A DNA stretch of 64,000 nt, taken from a virus. Its lineage: Duplodnaviria; Caudoviricetes. Below the pieces are notes generated by a model. That model saw only the letters and a list, made by a program, of their open reading frames with translations, searched no databases and was not told where the DNA came from. Below, piece by piece: positions 10,159-21,212 of the stretch. The DNA lies in IMG/VR virus record IMGVR_UViG_3300020366_000001, positions 123,436-187,435 of that record; one strand, 5' to 3'. A program made the position numbers and the translations under genes. Position 1 is the first letter of the stretch. Each line of letters starts with the position of its first letter.

Positions 10159-13100
10159 TTATGCGCAAGTGGGGTTACAATCTCCCAAGTAAGAGAAGAT
10201 AACAGGCCACGGAGCAGGAATCTGGAAGTCCAGTGCTCTAGGCGTGATACCGTCAGTCACTTTAATCTGTGCCACGCCATCCATACCGATGATCGGTTGC
10301 TCAGCGTGGTTGCGATCACGCAGAGGTTTGATAAAGTTACAGAAGTAATCATTAGACGGAGTAATGCAAGCACCGTTAGAGGTGTATGCAAAGTCATAGG
10401 TGTGATCCTGACAAGGATCAGCAACAGCGACAAGGTTGATCAAATCGACCAGATCAAACGGAGATTCAACCAGTTCCACCCACAGTGTGTAGACCTTTTG
10501 GGTACCACGTGCAGGGAAGACAGCAGGTGAAGTATCATTCTTCACTGAGAAGTCGATAGGCATATTGATGCTGGTGTCGCCACGGAATGGGCATTCGCGA
10601 AGCAAACCAGTTGCGGTAGCCAACTGACCAGTGAAAGTGTCGAAGTCACCAGTGTTGACAACAGTAGGACCATTAGCGTGTGTTGCATTATTAAGGGTGT
10701 AGATTGTTCTTGCTCCATTATTAATTGTCTCCATATAAGGGAACTCATTGATCAAGCGCAATCTCCAGGTAAACTGACCAGCATCGATAGTGTACGAGCA
10801 AGTCACATCCTGAGTGCCATTGTTAGTAACAGTCAGGTTTTGCGCACCCTTATAGTAGTCTTGAATCTTCAGGTTATTGATGTCAATGTAAGGCAGAGCG
10901 CTCAGTGGTGCAGAACCCACGTCAATAACGAAGGAACGAACCATAACGTTGCCGAAGTAATCACCACAGGTAAGGGAGTTGTCAACAAATCCCTGATCGT
11001 GACGAAGATAACCATTAGAAACAGTACCAGTCCAACCATTTGCATACTGATACCACCACATACCCAGTTCGGGAGGGTTAGGAATCAGCGTGATTTCGTT
11101 AGAAATACTGGACTGAGTAGGACCATTATCGATCACCACCTGATAAGAGTAAGGTGAATTCACACCAGAGGGAATACCATTACAAGGTAGGTCGGTGTCG
11201 CGGATAACGTTACCAGAATTATCCAGAGGGGGTTGCAGTTGGGAGGGAGATTCGATAGGAACTTCGATCAAGTTACCACCCCAGTTAACACGGAGGGGGA
11301 ACTCTTCATCGAAACTGATGTAGTTATTTTCATAAACACTCACACCATCCAGACTACAGGAAGAAATATAATTGGTTGGATTAGTACCAAAATCTCTTCT
11401 AGATCTGAAGTGAGGAGAGTTCAGAGGGATATAAGAACCGTAAGTGTTCTCGTAAGTATCCCAGTTGTAACTCTTAGTACCAGTGCTAGTGTCATAAGTG
11501 TACACTTTCTTGTACCAGAGATAGTCGATATTCTGGTCGGTACAAAGCAGTTGCACAGGATAACGACCCGCCTTAGGAGATCTGTTGGAAGACTGATAAG
11601 GGAGGGTGTTAGGATAGTGAGTTAATGCACCATACTCAGTGCTAACCGAGAAGGAAGATGCAGTGATAGCAGTTGCACCACTGTTCATCGTCAGGTTAGG
11701 TTGAGTAGGAACTGCAGGCAAGTTAGTAGCAGTCAGTTGAACTGTGCTAGTGGTAAGTGCAGTGTAGGTAGAGGTGAAATCTAAGTGCTGAGTAGAGAAC
11801 GAAGTACCACCTTCCTGACCAAAGTAGATAGAACTACCAGAGAAGTTCTCAGGAATTCTAATGTCAACCCAAGCACCAGCACTACCAGGGGTACCATATC
11901 TGGTGATATTTGCAGTCAGGGTACCACTGGTAGCGGCAGATCTGATCTCTAAGTTCTTACCTGCCCATCCAGCATTGCTAACATCAAAGCGATAGGTAGC
12001 ACCTTTCGCAACTTCAAACACAGTAGAACCACTGTTGTTCACAACCACAGCATAATCATTGCCAGAAGGAACAAGATCAAAAGTAAGTCTCCAACGAACC
12101 TTCAAACGGAAGTAGTAGTTGGCGAATGACCAGAAATCCTTAACGATCAATGTAGTCATAGAGACTTCACGATCAGATACATCCTCAAATTTCTCTTGAT
12201 ATGAATAGTACTTGTTACGTGCACTCACGTTGTACTCATACAGATCCAATTCTTCACCGTTACAGGAAGTGCCAGGTCCGAGACTATACTCATTCAGGTT
12301 CACCCACTGACTAGTGCCATCTCTAGTAATCCAAACCTGCCAGTAAGGTAAGAATTCAAACTTCTCATTCTCATATGCACTCTGTCTCAGAACTGCTTGG
12401 AAAGAACGATTAGCGAATGGACGTGCATACCACTCATTTTCTGCCCATACATCATCATCCTGAGGTTGACCATACTTCTTACCAACAGCAGCATAATCAA
12501 CCAATCTGTTACCACTTTGAGCAACAATTTCAACGTCTTGAGTAGTTGTGGTGACGTTAGTCAGTTGAATCGTATAGGTCTGAGTTTGCCCAGAAATATT
12601 TTCTTCAACTGTAAGTGTCAGGTCAAGCGTTGTGCCATTAGTAAGAACACCAGTAAGAGTACCAAGTTCAGTATCAAATGTCAGACCAGTATTAGCGATA
12701 GTATCACCAGTCAAGGTGTAATCTCTATCAATAATAGTCTCGTTAGCAAAGGTTCTTAAGAATGAAACACCCAGTTGCAGGTTGACAGTATCACCAATGT
12801 TGTAAGTACCCAAAGAACCTGCAGGTGTATACCACGTGGTCAGCAAGTTAATGTAAGGAGTAACAACACCGCGAACAACACCGCTACCAGCACCATCAAC
12901 ACCCTTGTCAACAGGGAGGTAATCAATTGCAGTACCTTCACCTTGTCCTGCATCTTCCTGTGCTTCAGTCTGGAAGTACAGTTTATTGCCAACAGGGTTC
13001 TCATCAATCCAGCGCTGAACACCATCAGATTCTTGACGTGTACCCTTGAGGTTAGCAACCTTGATTAGGTTACCACCAACTTCCGCAACATTTGCGGTGA

Positions 13101-16100
13101 AGGATGCAGCTGCTGGTTCGATTTGGAATCTGCTATTGACAGAATCAACATCAGTAATGGTATGCCATTGTTTCTGCAGCACGTTGAACTGAATGCCACC
13201 GATGTCATAAACATATGAATCAGCAGTGGTAGCAGTTTCACCAGGGAACACAGGGTTTGCTCTGAACTTCTCACCCATAATGTATGGGAATGCAGGTTGA
13301 GAGTTTTGATCCTCTGTGATGAAGTAAGCATAGGTTCCATTCGGATAATCAGGTGTCACACAGTAACGACCATTATCCTTATCCAAGTCACCAACAATGA
13401 TACGCTCACCCATATTAGAGTGGTTGTAGCAGAAGTAGAATAATGCCTGAGGTGCGTTGCTAACAGGAGTAATCTCAATAGATCTCAGAGTGGCAGTATC
13501 AAAACCAGCAACATAATCAGCGTAACTAACAACAGCATTTTCCAGTTTGTAAACAACACCATCGTTATAAACAGCGTTAGCATCACCAGTTTGTTGTCCA
13601 GAAACGTGCCAACCTTGTGCTTGTGCATCTCCATAAGTGGAGAACAACATAGCGTGACTGGTTAATGAACCATCACTCAAGTTAAAGATATACTTTCTAC
13701 CCTTACGGAAGTTGAATGCAGGTTTCTCTTCGTTACCTGTCAGTCCACCGCCAGAGATATAGTAACGACCACCAGAACCAGTGGTAGTAGCAGCAGATGC
13801 CTGAACAATAAAGGTTTGTTCCAACATATCGTTGGTATTGCCTTGATATTCATAATCCTGAATGAATGATCCATAAGGATAAGTTGCAAGCACAGGACGG
13901 TTTGCAAACATATCAGGAATTCTATTCTCCAGTTTCAGCATATATGCTGTCTTCATACGGATGACAGAACTGCTGCTATCCATCTCACTAGAGTATCCAT
14001 ATGGACCATAGATCGGATATCCATCGAAGGACATACCCAGAATCTTAGAGTGACCATTAGGATGACGCTTGTAGTCACCTTGGACATTGCTGTTCACGGA
14101 GACGGAGTTACCCATCTTCTCGTGGTTGGTGCACACATAGTAGAACGTGTTGGGTGCATCCAGAGGAACAACGAAAGTAACAGTGCGTTGAGATGCATTA
14201 TTGAATCCATTTGCATAAGACACGGAGTCAACAGCAGCACCATCTAGACGATAAGTAACACCTGTTTCATAGCGAACACCACCGCCGTGAATACCATCTT
14301 CAGTGGTTGAGAAATACAGAGCGTGACCATCATTAGAAGCATCATCTTGATTAAAGATGTAGGTATTACCTCTAGTAAACTCAAGTGCAGGTGCTTCAGT
14401 AGGAGTTGAATAAGTGCCACCCTGCAGGATATAACCGTTTGCACTACCTTGGTTGAAGTATACGTGAGCATTGGTCTTACCACCAACGGTCAAAGTATAG
14501 TTAATAGTTTGATATCCAAGATCGAAGTAAGTTCCACTCAGATAGTTAGAACCAGTCAGAGTGCCAGAGGTATATGCTGACAGTAACTTGGAGCTGTTAT
14601 AACCATATACATTGCTAGAGTTGGGGAAACCACCGTAGGCATCTTCACCCACGAGGTTGCCATTAGTTACAGTATTATATGTCCAACCAGGGGTCGGTCC
14701 CTCTTCCTTACTGTAGTGATAGAGATAAACACCAGTAGTAGTAATACCAAAGGCATTAGCAGAACGTAAGGGAATATCTACAGGGGTAACTTCCTTGTAG
14801 TTTGTGCCACCACGCCAGTTAAAGTTCTGGTTGAATGCGTGGTCATCGATGCTGTTCGGGTTACCAGCAGTAATTGCAATGGTTGCAACAGCAGTTGCTT
14901 GAATACCACCACCAACGTTAGGAGCAGCGATATTAACAGTAGGTGCAACACTATATCCAGAACCAGGGTTATCAATAGTCAAACTAGAGACGAAACCATC
15001 CAGAACCGAAAGGTTAGAAGTTGCCGCTGCGCCAGTACCACCGCCACCGCTGAACGTAACGTTAGCGTAGGTATAACCAACACCACCACTATCAACCGTG
15101 ACAGTATCAACCACACCAATTTGTGTACCAATCGTACATCCAGCAGCTGCGGGTTGTTCAAACACAGGGTTGGCAGGTGCAGTATCTGCTTCAGTAACTG
15201 CATCTCCATAATATTCATCACCAAGAATATATGGGAACTCAGGTTGATTGCTGGCATCCATCGTCATAAAGTAGGCATATGTACCTCCAGGGAACTCAGG
15301 AGTGATACAGAATCTACCGTTACGACGGTCAAGATGTCCATCATCAACGAATACATAATCTTCCACGAAAGATCCTAATGGATATGCAGTCGTAGAAGGA
15401 GCAAAACCAACAGGTTCAGACAGTGTAATCGTACCTGTCATCGCTGCGTGATTTTCGCAGACATAGTAATAAGTACCTGCAGCTGCAGTAGTAGTATTCC
15501 ACAGAATCGTAGCATTGTGGTTACCGTTGTTAGTAACCTGAGCAACTACTTGAGTTGGGTTGTAAGGTGCAGGAACTTTCTGGATCCAGAAAGGATGGGT
15601 AACAGTAGTTGCGCCACCACCACCAGAGGAGTTAACCGTAATGGTTCCAACCATACCACCGTGGAACTCACACTGATAGTAGTAAGTACCAGCAGATCCA
15701 TTGCCAGGTGTCCAGGAAACCGTACCAGATTGCGTACCATTATTAGTAACACCAGCAATCTGGTTGCCAGTACCAGTACCAGCAGCAGTCTTAAGATGGA
15801 ATGGGTGACCCGATGCAGACACCGTGAAATTCAAAGTGTCGCCTTCATTAATCTCAATGGCAGGATCAGAACCAGAAATGTTACCTGTTCTATCAGAACC
15901 AGAGATGGTGTAATCACTGAAACTAGATGCAGTAACAACCAAGTTATAAGTTTGAGGTGTGCTACCGCCACCACCACCAGTGGTGTAAGAAGCATTGACA
16001 TTAAACACGAGGTTGTCGCCAATGTTTGCTGCAATGGCAACATCAGTACCAGTAGATTCACCAGTAAAATCGAAATCTAAGTTGTCATCCGCAGTAACAC

Positions 16101-19100
16101 CCCAGGTGTAAGTAGAACCTTGATACTGAGTACCAGTACGTTGAGTGCGGACGTTCCAACTAGACTGCATTCTCGCCAACGTAGTTGGAGATGCAGGGTC
16201 ATTGTAACCAATAGGACCATAGATGGGGTAACCATCATAGGCAAAACCAATAATAGGAGAGTGGTTAGTGGCATTAGTAACATCACTCGTAGTATGAGAA
16301 GGCAGAGCAGTGCTGCTTGCCGAAGTAGTTACAGATGCACCAGAACCATATCCAGTGTAAAGTGAACAGAAGTAGAAAAGGTTGGGGCTATCTGGTTGCA
16401 GTTGCAAGTAAGTACCAGTGCCAGTAATACCATCGCCAGGAGTACCCTGATAGCGGATACCAATCGTGTACTCACTACCACCTTGAGTGTGCACACCATC
16501 TTGTGCTTCTGAAATTTGTAACGGATATCCAGTGTTACTGGAATCACTTTGATCGAAGAAGTAGGTGTTACCTTCGGTCAGAATGATGTTAGGAGTTTCG
16601 GTACCGTTAAGGAAATACTTATTGCCGTTAGCGGTATTCTGTACAGTGATAGTGTAAGTGGTAGAAGATCCTTTCCAAGAATTAAGCAGGAAAGAAGAGT
16701 TAGTATAGTAATAAGTACCACTACTATCGACGATGCCACTACCATTGTCAGCACCAAATGTAGTTGAGTTGTAAACCTTATTGAAAGTATATCCATCAGG
16801 GCAACCAGTGCCATCAGGAAGGTCTACATTCAGTCCGTGAGAGTAGTGACGTAATTGGATACCGTTGATTGCAATTCCAATAGAATCTTGCGCGGTCGTA
16901 GTATCTGCCGTGCCATCCTTGTGGATGTTTCTTCCACCACGGTAGATAAAGGTATGGTTGTAGGTTTGACCGCTGATGGAATAGCTATTATTAGCATTAG
17001 GAAAACTACCATACAGCGCAGGTTGAGGAAGGTTGTCAGTAACAACAGTCAACGCTTGAGTCGTCTGATTTAATGATGCAGACGTGGTAGAACCACCACC
17101 CGAGACAAACTCACCGTCGGGAGCCAGAGGAGTAGAACCTTGGTTAGGAGGTGCAGGAGTAGCTACAGTAACTGTAGGTGCAGCACTATATCCAGAACCA
17201 GGATTATCGATTGTAATGCTGGTAATAATACCATCCTGAACCACTGCGGTTGCACTAGCACCAGATCCACCACCACCAGAGAAGGCGATAATAGGAAGGT
17301 TCAGAGGATTATAACCAGAACCACCGTTAGTAACAGTGATTGTTTCAATACCACCACCAGTCAACGCAATCGTGGCAGTAGCAGTTGCTCCAGTACCATC
17401 ACCATCGATGTTGACCGTAGGAGCAGTAGCGTATCCAGAACCAGGCTGATCAATAGTGATGCTAGTCACAGCACCACCAGTCAGAGTAATGTTCGCAGTT
17501 GCTGCTGCACCAGAACCACCACCTCCAGAGAAGGAAACTGTAGGAACTAAGGTGTAACCAGAACCTTGATTCTGGATCTGTAAGTTAGAAACATAACCAG
17601 CAGTACCACCAGAGGGGAAGACACCGAAGGAACCAGGAGCAGGATGGTTATCGCTAACAACATTCAGCAAACCACCTGCAATATAATATGCGGCAGTAGG
17701 AGATTCACTGCTACTTACCCAAACGTCAGTGATAACATCGGTTGCAGGAATAGAAACAGGAGTACGGAACTGTACTCTGTCGCCAACACTAGGATTGAAA
17801 CGAGCAAACTCGCTACCAAGAGTAACGTTAATAATGTTTGATTGAGGAGAAGTACTAATGTTGGTATTAACACCATCGAGAGTAATCTCATCGATATCAT
17901 TAGTAGGATAGGTAGTAACAGAAGGACCGCCATACTCCTGTCCAACAGGAGCAGTTACTGCTCCACTGTATGATCTCTCATAATCCCAATCAATCTCTCT
18001 ACGAATCCACTCTTTAGCGAGTCTAGGTAGAGTTTTGCCTTCATAAACTGCTTTGTTCTGATACCCTTTCTTACCCATCCACTGAGCAATGATGCCAGCA
18101 GTCAAAGGAGTGGAGAAAGAGGTACCTTGAATGCAAGTATAATAGGAACTACCAATAGAGTTGTAGGGACTATTGCTGTTCCAGAAATATTGAGGAATGT
18201 AGATAGATTCGCCAGGTGCACTGGTGGTTACACCAGAACCATAGTTACTGAATGTCGAGAAAGTATTAATATATCCAGTAGCACCGACAGAAATCTTGTC
18301 GCTGATGCCTTCCATATTATACTGATAGTCTTGTGGACCAGCAGTACGAGGACCAGGGCAGAACTTTGCTTGGAATCCACCATACTTGGTGTTATATCCA
18401 AAACCGTTACCTGCAGAGCGAACAAGAGTAATACCTTGTTCAACTACGTAACCTTCATAGTCATCCATTGCAGTGTCTGCCTCATAGGCACCACTGTCAA
18501 ATCCAGGTTCGTTCTGCGGAACATAACGATAAACCTCAGAAGGAATACCAACACCAACAGATGCGTTGATAATTGCAGGACGACCATTGCCCTTGTAATT
18601 GGGGTGGTTGGGATCGTTATGGTTAACAACCGCTAACAATGCATTAACATATGCAGATAAGGTACCAGAGTTACCAGCACCAAAAATCTTCAGAGCATAG
18701 AATCTTGCTTTGTGTGCGAGACCGTGCTGCAAACCACCAACACAAATGGCACACTGGGTGCCGTGCCCGTTGTTATCTTCGTTAGAGTTTGTTTCGCCAT
18801 TAACAGTATACCCAGAATTAAATCCAGGAACCTCATAAACACGATAGTTTGCCTGTTCAGTAGCACCGTTCAGATCAGAAACGTGATCAGGGTGATACAG
18901 TTCAGGGTGAAGATTGGCACCAGTTGCACTAGTAGGTCTGGAAGCACCACGAATACCAGTATCTAAAACATATACATCAACACCATCACCATCTTCAGTA
19001 TAAGAATACAGACCATAATCAAGAGCATTAGTCTGCTGAGTTAGTCTTCCAAGATACCACTTGGAAAACATAGTGATACGACCACAAACGGTAGAGTTAG

Positions 19101-19848
19101 GAAACTCATCATCTTGTGTACCAACGTTTGAGGTCTCACCAGCGTAAATAAACAACTGCTTCGGAGTTGTTTGCGTAATATCAATCTCAACTTTTGCACC
19201 AGAAGTACCAGGAGAACCAGTGCGGGTAACACCAGTAGTATACTCAGTACCACCATTGTGGGTACCATCAGGAGTTGTACTAAATCTAGGGGTATAACCG
19301 AAAGTAGTAGAGGAGGATACATCCAAAACCACTTTGTGACCTGGCATCACATAAGTAATTTGCGGGTTTTGGTAGATCCCATTGTAGTAAAACTTAGGAC
19401 CGTTGGCAGTATTGGTTACAGTGACTGTAAGACTGTAAAGGGTACCAGCACCAACGCTGAAGGGAATAACGTTACCGTAATCAGAGGGTTTGATCTGCTG
19501 TTGCAGAAGATTATTGTCATCGCCAGCAACAGATACTGCAGATGCAGCATCAGCACGAGAGGTCTCTAAAAGAGTAGTAGCTCCAACATCTTCAATACCA
19601 AGTTCTTCGGCAGTTGGATCTTCACCTTTCAGTTCTCTGTCCCAAATGGCAGAGGTTACCTCAGGAAACTCATCACTTTTTAATACGGTAATGAAGTTAT
19701 CGTCTTTAGAGGCGAAATCAAGAAAAATAGTCTTGAATGGTGTTAGTTCCGAGGTCGTATCTAACGTCGTAAAGCGTTGTTTCGCTCTTTCGATAACAGC
19801 GCTGATCTGAGTTGCGTTAGATACCCTCGCAATAATTCTATTGCTCAT
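10159..19848 (-). CDS. giant multidomain virion-associated protein: S8 subtilisin-like protease, YHYH-like domains and cupredoxin-like repeats
   Basis: Catalytic triad motifs VYVLDTGI, NGHGTQCA, QGTSFSTP; two HS.I.G...DGYPIYGP / NGR.C.TP..P.GTYAYF units; four C-x2-H-x2-M motifs; GSGY..APTV repeats; late promoter upstream. Confidence 0.85.
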   Translation of the reverse strand: MSNRIIARVSNATQISAVIERAKQRFTTLDTTSELTPFKTIFLDFASKDDNFITVLKSDEFPEVTSAIWDRELKGEDPTAEELGIEDVGATTLLETSRADAASAVSVAGDDNNLLQQQIKPSDYGNVIPFSVGAGTLYSLTVTVTNTANGPKFYYNGIYQNPQITYVMPGHKVVLDVSSSTTFGYTPRFSTTPDGTHNGGTEYTTGVTRTGSPGTSGAKVEIDITQTTPKQLFIYAGETSNVGTQDDEFPNSTVCGRITMFSKWYLGRLTQQTNALDYGLYSYTEDGDGVDVYVLDTGIRGASRPTSATGANLHPELYHPDHVSDLNGATEQANYRVYEVPGFNSGYTVNGETNSNEDNNGHGTQCAICVGGLQHGLAHKARFYALKIFGAGNSGTLSAYVNALLAVVNHNDPNHPNYKGNGRPAIINASVGVGIPSEVYRYVPQNEPGFDSGAYEADTAMDDYEGYVVEQGITLVRSAGNGFGYNTKYGGFQAKFCPGPRTAGPQDYQYNMEGISDKISVGATGYINTFSTFSNYGSGVTTSAPGESIYIPQYFWNSNSPYNSIGSSYYTCIQGTSFSTPLTAGIIAQWMGKKGYQNKAVYEGKTLPRLAKEWIRREIDWDYERSYSGAVTAPVGQEYGGPSVTTYPTNDIDEITLDGVNTNISTSPQSNIINVTLGSEFARFNPSVGDRVQFRTPVSIPATDVITDVWVSSSESPTAAYYIAGGLLNVVSDNHPAPGSFGVFPSGGTAGYVSNLQIQNQGSGYTLVPTVSFSGGGGSGAAATANITLTGGAVTSITIDQPGSGYATAPTVNIDGDGTGATATATIALTGGGIETITVTNGGSGYNPLNLPIIAFSGGGGSGASATAVVQDGIITSITIDNPGSGYSAAPTVTVATPAPPNQGSTPLAPDGEFVSGGGSTTSASLNQTTQALTVVTDNLPQPALYGSFPNANNSYSISGQTYNHTFIYRGGRNIHKDGTADTTTAQDSIGIAINGIQLRHYSHGLNVDLPDGTGCPDGYTFNKVYNSTTFGADNGSGIVDSSGTYYYTNSSFLLNSWKGSSTTYTITVQNTANGNKYFLNGTETPNIILTEGNTYFFDQSDSSNTGYPLQISEAQDGVHTQGGSEYTIGIRYQGTPGDGITGTGTYLQLQPDSPNLFYFCSLYTGYGSGASVTTSASSTALPSHTTSDVTNATNHSPIIGFAYDGYPIYGPIGYNDPASPTTLARMQSSWNVRTQRTGTQYQGSTYTWGVTADDNLDFDFTGESTGTDVAIAANIGDNLVFNVNASYTTGGGGGSTPQTYNLVVTASSFSDYTISGSDRTGNISGSDPAIEINEGDTLNFTVSASGHPFHLKTAAGTGTGNQIAGVTNNGTQSGTVSWTPGNGSAGTYYYQCEFHGGMVGTITVNSSGGGGATTVTHPFWIQKVPAPYNPTQVVAQVTNNGNHNATILWNTTTAAAGTYYYVCENHAAMTGTITLSEPVGFAPSTTAYPLGSFVEDYVFVDDGHLDRRNGRFCITPEFPGGTYAYFMTMDASNQPEFPYILGDEYYGDAVTEADTAPANPVFEQPAAAGCTIGTQIGVVDTVTVDSGGVGYTYANVTFSGGGGTGAAATSNLSVLDGFVSSLTIDNPGSGYSVAPTVNIAAPNVGGGIQATAVATIAITAGNPNSIDDHAFNQNFNWRGGTNYKEVTPVDIPLRSANAFGITTTGVYLYHYSKEEGPTPGWTYNTVTNGNLVGEDAYGGFPNSSNVYGYNSSKLLSAYTSGTLTGSNYLSGTYFDLGYQTINYTLTVGGKTNAHVYFNQGSANGYILQGGTYSTPTEAPALEFTRGNTYIFNQDDASNDGHALYFSTTEDGIHGGGVRYETGVTYRLDGAAVDSVSYANGFNNASQRTVTFVVPLDAPNTFYYVCTNHEKMGNSVSVNSNVQGDYKRHPNGHSKILGMSFDGYPIYGPYGYSSEMDSSSSVIRMKTAYMLKLENRIPDMFANRPVLATYPYGSFIQDYEYQGNTNDMLEQTFIVQASAATTTGSGGRYYISGGGLTGNEEKPAFNFRKGRKYIFNLSDGSLTSHAMLFSTYGDAQAQGWHVSGQQTGDANAVYNDGVVYKLENAVVSYADYVAGFDTATLRSIEITPVSNAPQALFYFCYNHSNMGERIIVGDLDKDNGRYCVTPDYPNGTYAYFITEDQNSQPAFPYIMGEKFRANPVFPGETATTADSYVYDIGGIQFNVLQKQWHTITDVDSVNSRFQIEPAAASFTANVAEVGGNLIKVANLKGTRQESDGVQRWIDENPVGNKLYFQTEAQEDAGQGEGTAIDYLPVDKGVDGAGSGVVRGVVTPYINLLTTWYTPAGSLGTYNIGDTVNLQLGVSFLRTFANETIIDRDYTLTGDTIANTGLTFDTELGTLTGVLTNGTTLDLTLTVEENISGQTQTYTIQLTNVTTTTQDVEIVAQSGNRLVDYAAVGKKYGQPQDDDVWAENEWYARPFANRSFQAVLRQSAYENEKFEFLPYWQVWITRDGTSQWVNLNEYSLGPGTSCNGEELDLYEYNVSARNKYYSYQEKFEDVSDREVSMTTLIVKDFWSFANYYFRLKVRWRLTFDLVPSGNDYAVVVNNSGSTVFEVAKGATYRFDVSNAGWAGKNLEIRSAATSGTLTANITRYGTPGSAGAWVDIRIPENFSGSSIYFGQEGGTSFSTQHLDFTSTYTALTTSTVQLTATNLPAVPTQPNLTMNSGATAITASSFSVSTEYGALTHYPNTLPYQSSNRSPKAGRYPVQLLCTDQNIDYLWYKKVYTYDTSTGTKSYNWDTYENTYGSYIPLNSPHFRSRRDFGTNPTNYISSCSLDGVSVYENNYISFDEEFPLRVNWGGNLIEVPIESPSQLQPPLDNSGNVIRDTDLPCNGIPSGVNSPYSYQVVIDNGPTQSSISNEITLIPNPPELGMWWYQYANGWTGTVSNGYLRHDQGFVDNSLTCGDYFGNVMVRSFVIDVGSAPLSALPYIDINNLKIQDYYKGAQNLTVTNNGTQDVTCSYTIDAGQFTWRLRLINEFPYMETINNGARTIYTLNNATHANGPTVVNTGDFDTFTGQLATATGLLRECPFRGDTSINMPIDFSVKNDTSPAVFPARGTQKVYTLWVELVESPFDLVDLINLVAVADPCQDHTYDFAYTSNGACITPSNDYFCNFIKPLRDRNHAEQPIIGMDGVAQIKVTDGITPRALDFQIPAPWPVIFSYLGDCNPTCA

Positions 19849-19880
19849 TACCCGAATGAATACAGTACTTTCCCTGACCT

Positions 19881-19887
19881 TATTTAT
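19881..19887 (-). promoter_or_regulatory. T4-type late promoter
   Basis: ATAAATA about 33 nt upstream of the 3229-aa gene. Confidence 0.6.
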
Positions 19888-20561
19888 GACATCTCTGATC
19901 TATGTCGCATCAAATCCATACCTTGTTCATTGAGAGGTGAGTATAAACAATGATATTCATCCTCATACTCCGTGCAATTAGGATGCTTCTCAATTAGTGC
20001 CTCTTTCGCTCGGCAATTTTGATACCAAAGATTCCGATCTATTTGGTCGCGAAACCAAGATTGAGACCACCAAATACATACTTTTCTGCATCCTGAGGTA
20101 ATTTTATTAACACGATGTCTCGTTCCTGTTGGATAGGAAATTGCCCATCCTTTGGGTAACTTATATTCTAGGGTTTCTGTCCCCATCATCAAACAGAGTT
20201 CCCCTCCTTCGTATTCGTCAGGATCGTTTAAAAAGAGGGTTGTACTATAGTCACTACGAATACCATTCATATATGCACTGTCAACGTGTTCCGCATAGTG
20301 CATTCCTTCTTCGTACTTAGTAAATAGCGGAGGAGACATATGCCTAACAGACATATAAGATACTACCTCCTTCTTTTCACCTAAACAATCAAAAATTAAC
20401 TTCCAAGCATCATCTGCAGTATCATCTGTTATCTGCTCATTATCTTTTTGTTTTTTATTTGAAGATCCAGTATGTTTACCATCAATCCAAATACCTGTGT
20501 TCAAAATGTCGAGCAGATTTTTGCAGCGAACACCATTCACCAGTTCATAACGAAAAAACAT
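19884..20561 (-). CDS. 2OG-Fe(II) oxygenase, PKHD/YbiX-like
   Basis: Y..GMHYAEHVD, STTLFLNDPDEYEGGEL, HRVNKITSGCRKV. Confidence 0.9.
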   Translation of the reverse strand: MFFRYELVNGVRCKNLLDILNTGIWIDGKHTGSSNKKQKDNEQITDDTADDAWKLIFDCLGEKKEVVSYMSVRHMSPPLFTKYEEGMHYAEHVDSAYMNGIRSDYSTTLFLNDPDEYEGGELCLMMGTETLEYKLPKGWAISYPTGTRHRVNKITSGCRKVCIWWSQSWFRDQIDRNLWYQNCRAKEALIEKHPNCTEYEDEYHCLYSPLNEQGMDLMRHRSEMS

Positions 20562-20563
20562 AT

Positions 20564-21208
20564 TTAGGCAACAAAATTAGGGTCGTCGGGACTTACAGGA
20601 AAACCTGGCCACGTATCGGGATTGTATGGATCATCTAATAAACTAGGGAAGTCACGTAGTTGTTGTCTATACGATCTCCACTTAGCTTTGTCTTCATCAG
20701 ACAGTTGACAATCAGGAAGTTGTGTCCAGTCGCATCTTTTAAGTTTTAGTTTACGCTCACTTCTAACTTCAGCAATCGACATCGGAACACCAGCATATTT
20801 AAGAGAAAATGCCTCTAAGTCAGCTGTTTCCTGTGCAATTTGTTTTGCGACTGCTTCATCTTCGTCTTCCTTAGCTTTCTGATATTTGTCAACCAGATCA
20901 CGTGCTACTTTCGCTACCTTCTTCGCTTCAGATAAACTTTCGGGTTTCGATTCGTTGTAATGACGAGGAAGTACACCCGTATAGTCTGTCTTTTCTACAG
21001 CGTAAGAATCAGGATTTTCCCAGAAATATAATCGGTTAAGTTGATCTACATCAGGAATATGCCACGAACCTGTGATGGCAGGCATAATAACGCTATTCCA
21101 TTCCGATTCTTCAATATCGTGCGTGATCACACCATCAGCGTGTCCACGGGCAATTCTTTTCAGATCAACCCACAGGATGACATATGCGTCATTAAAATCT
21201 CTTGCCAT
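20564..21208 (-). CDS. phage tail fibre assembly chaperone-like protein
   Basis: C-terminal R..L...DWTQLPD......W..YRQ.LRD.P motif; follows the tail-collar genes. Confidence 0.8.
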   Translation of the reverse strand: MARDFNDAYVILWVDLKRIARGHADGVITHDIEESEWNSVIMPAITGSWHIPDVDQLNRLYFWENPDSYAVEKTDYTGVLPRHYNESKPESLSEAKKVAKVARDLVDKYQKAKEDEDEAVAKQIAQETADLEAFSLKYAGVPMSIAEVRSERKLKLKRCDWTQLPDCQLSDEDKAKWRSYRQQLRDFPSLLDDPYNPDTWPGFPVSPDDPNFVA

Positions 21209-21212
21209 TGTC

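Noticed and set aside
10297-19810. Many plus-strand and alternate-frame ORFs of 60-210 aa inside the 3229-aa gene
   Set aside because: Shadow ORFs caused by the biased Gly/Thr/Ser codon usage of the real gene; no motifs or RBS.
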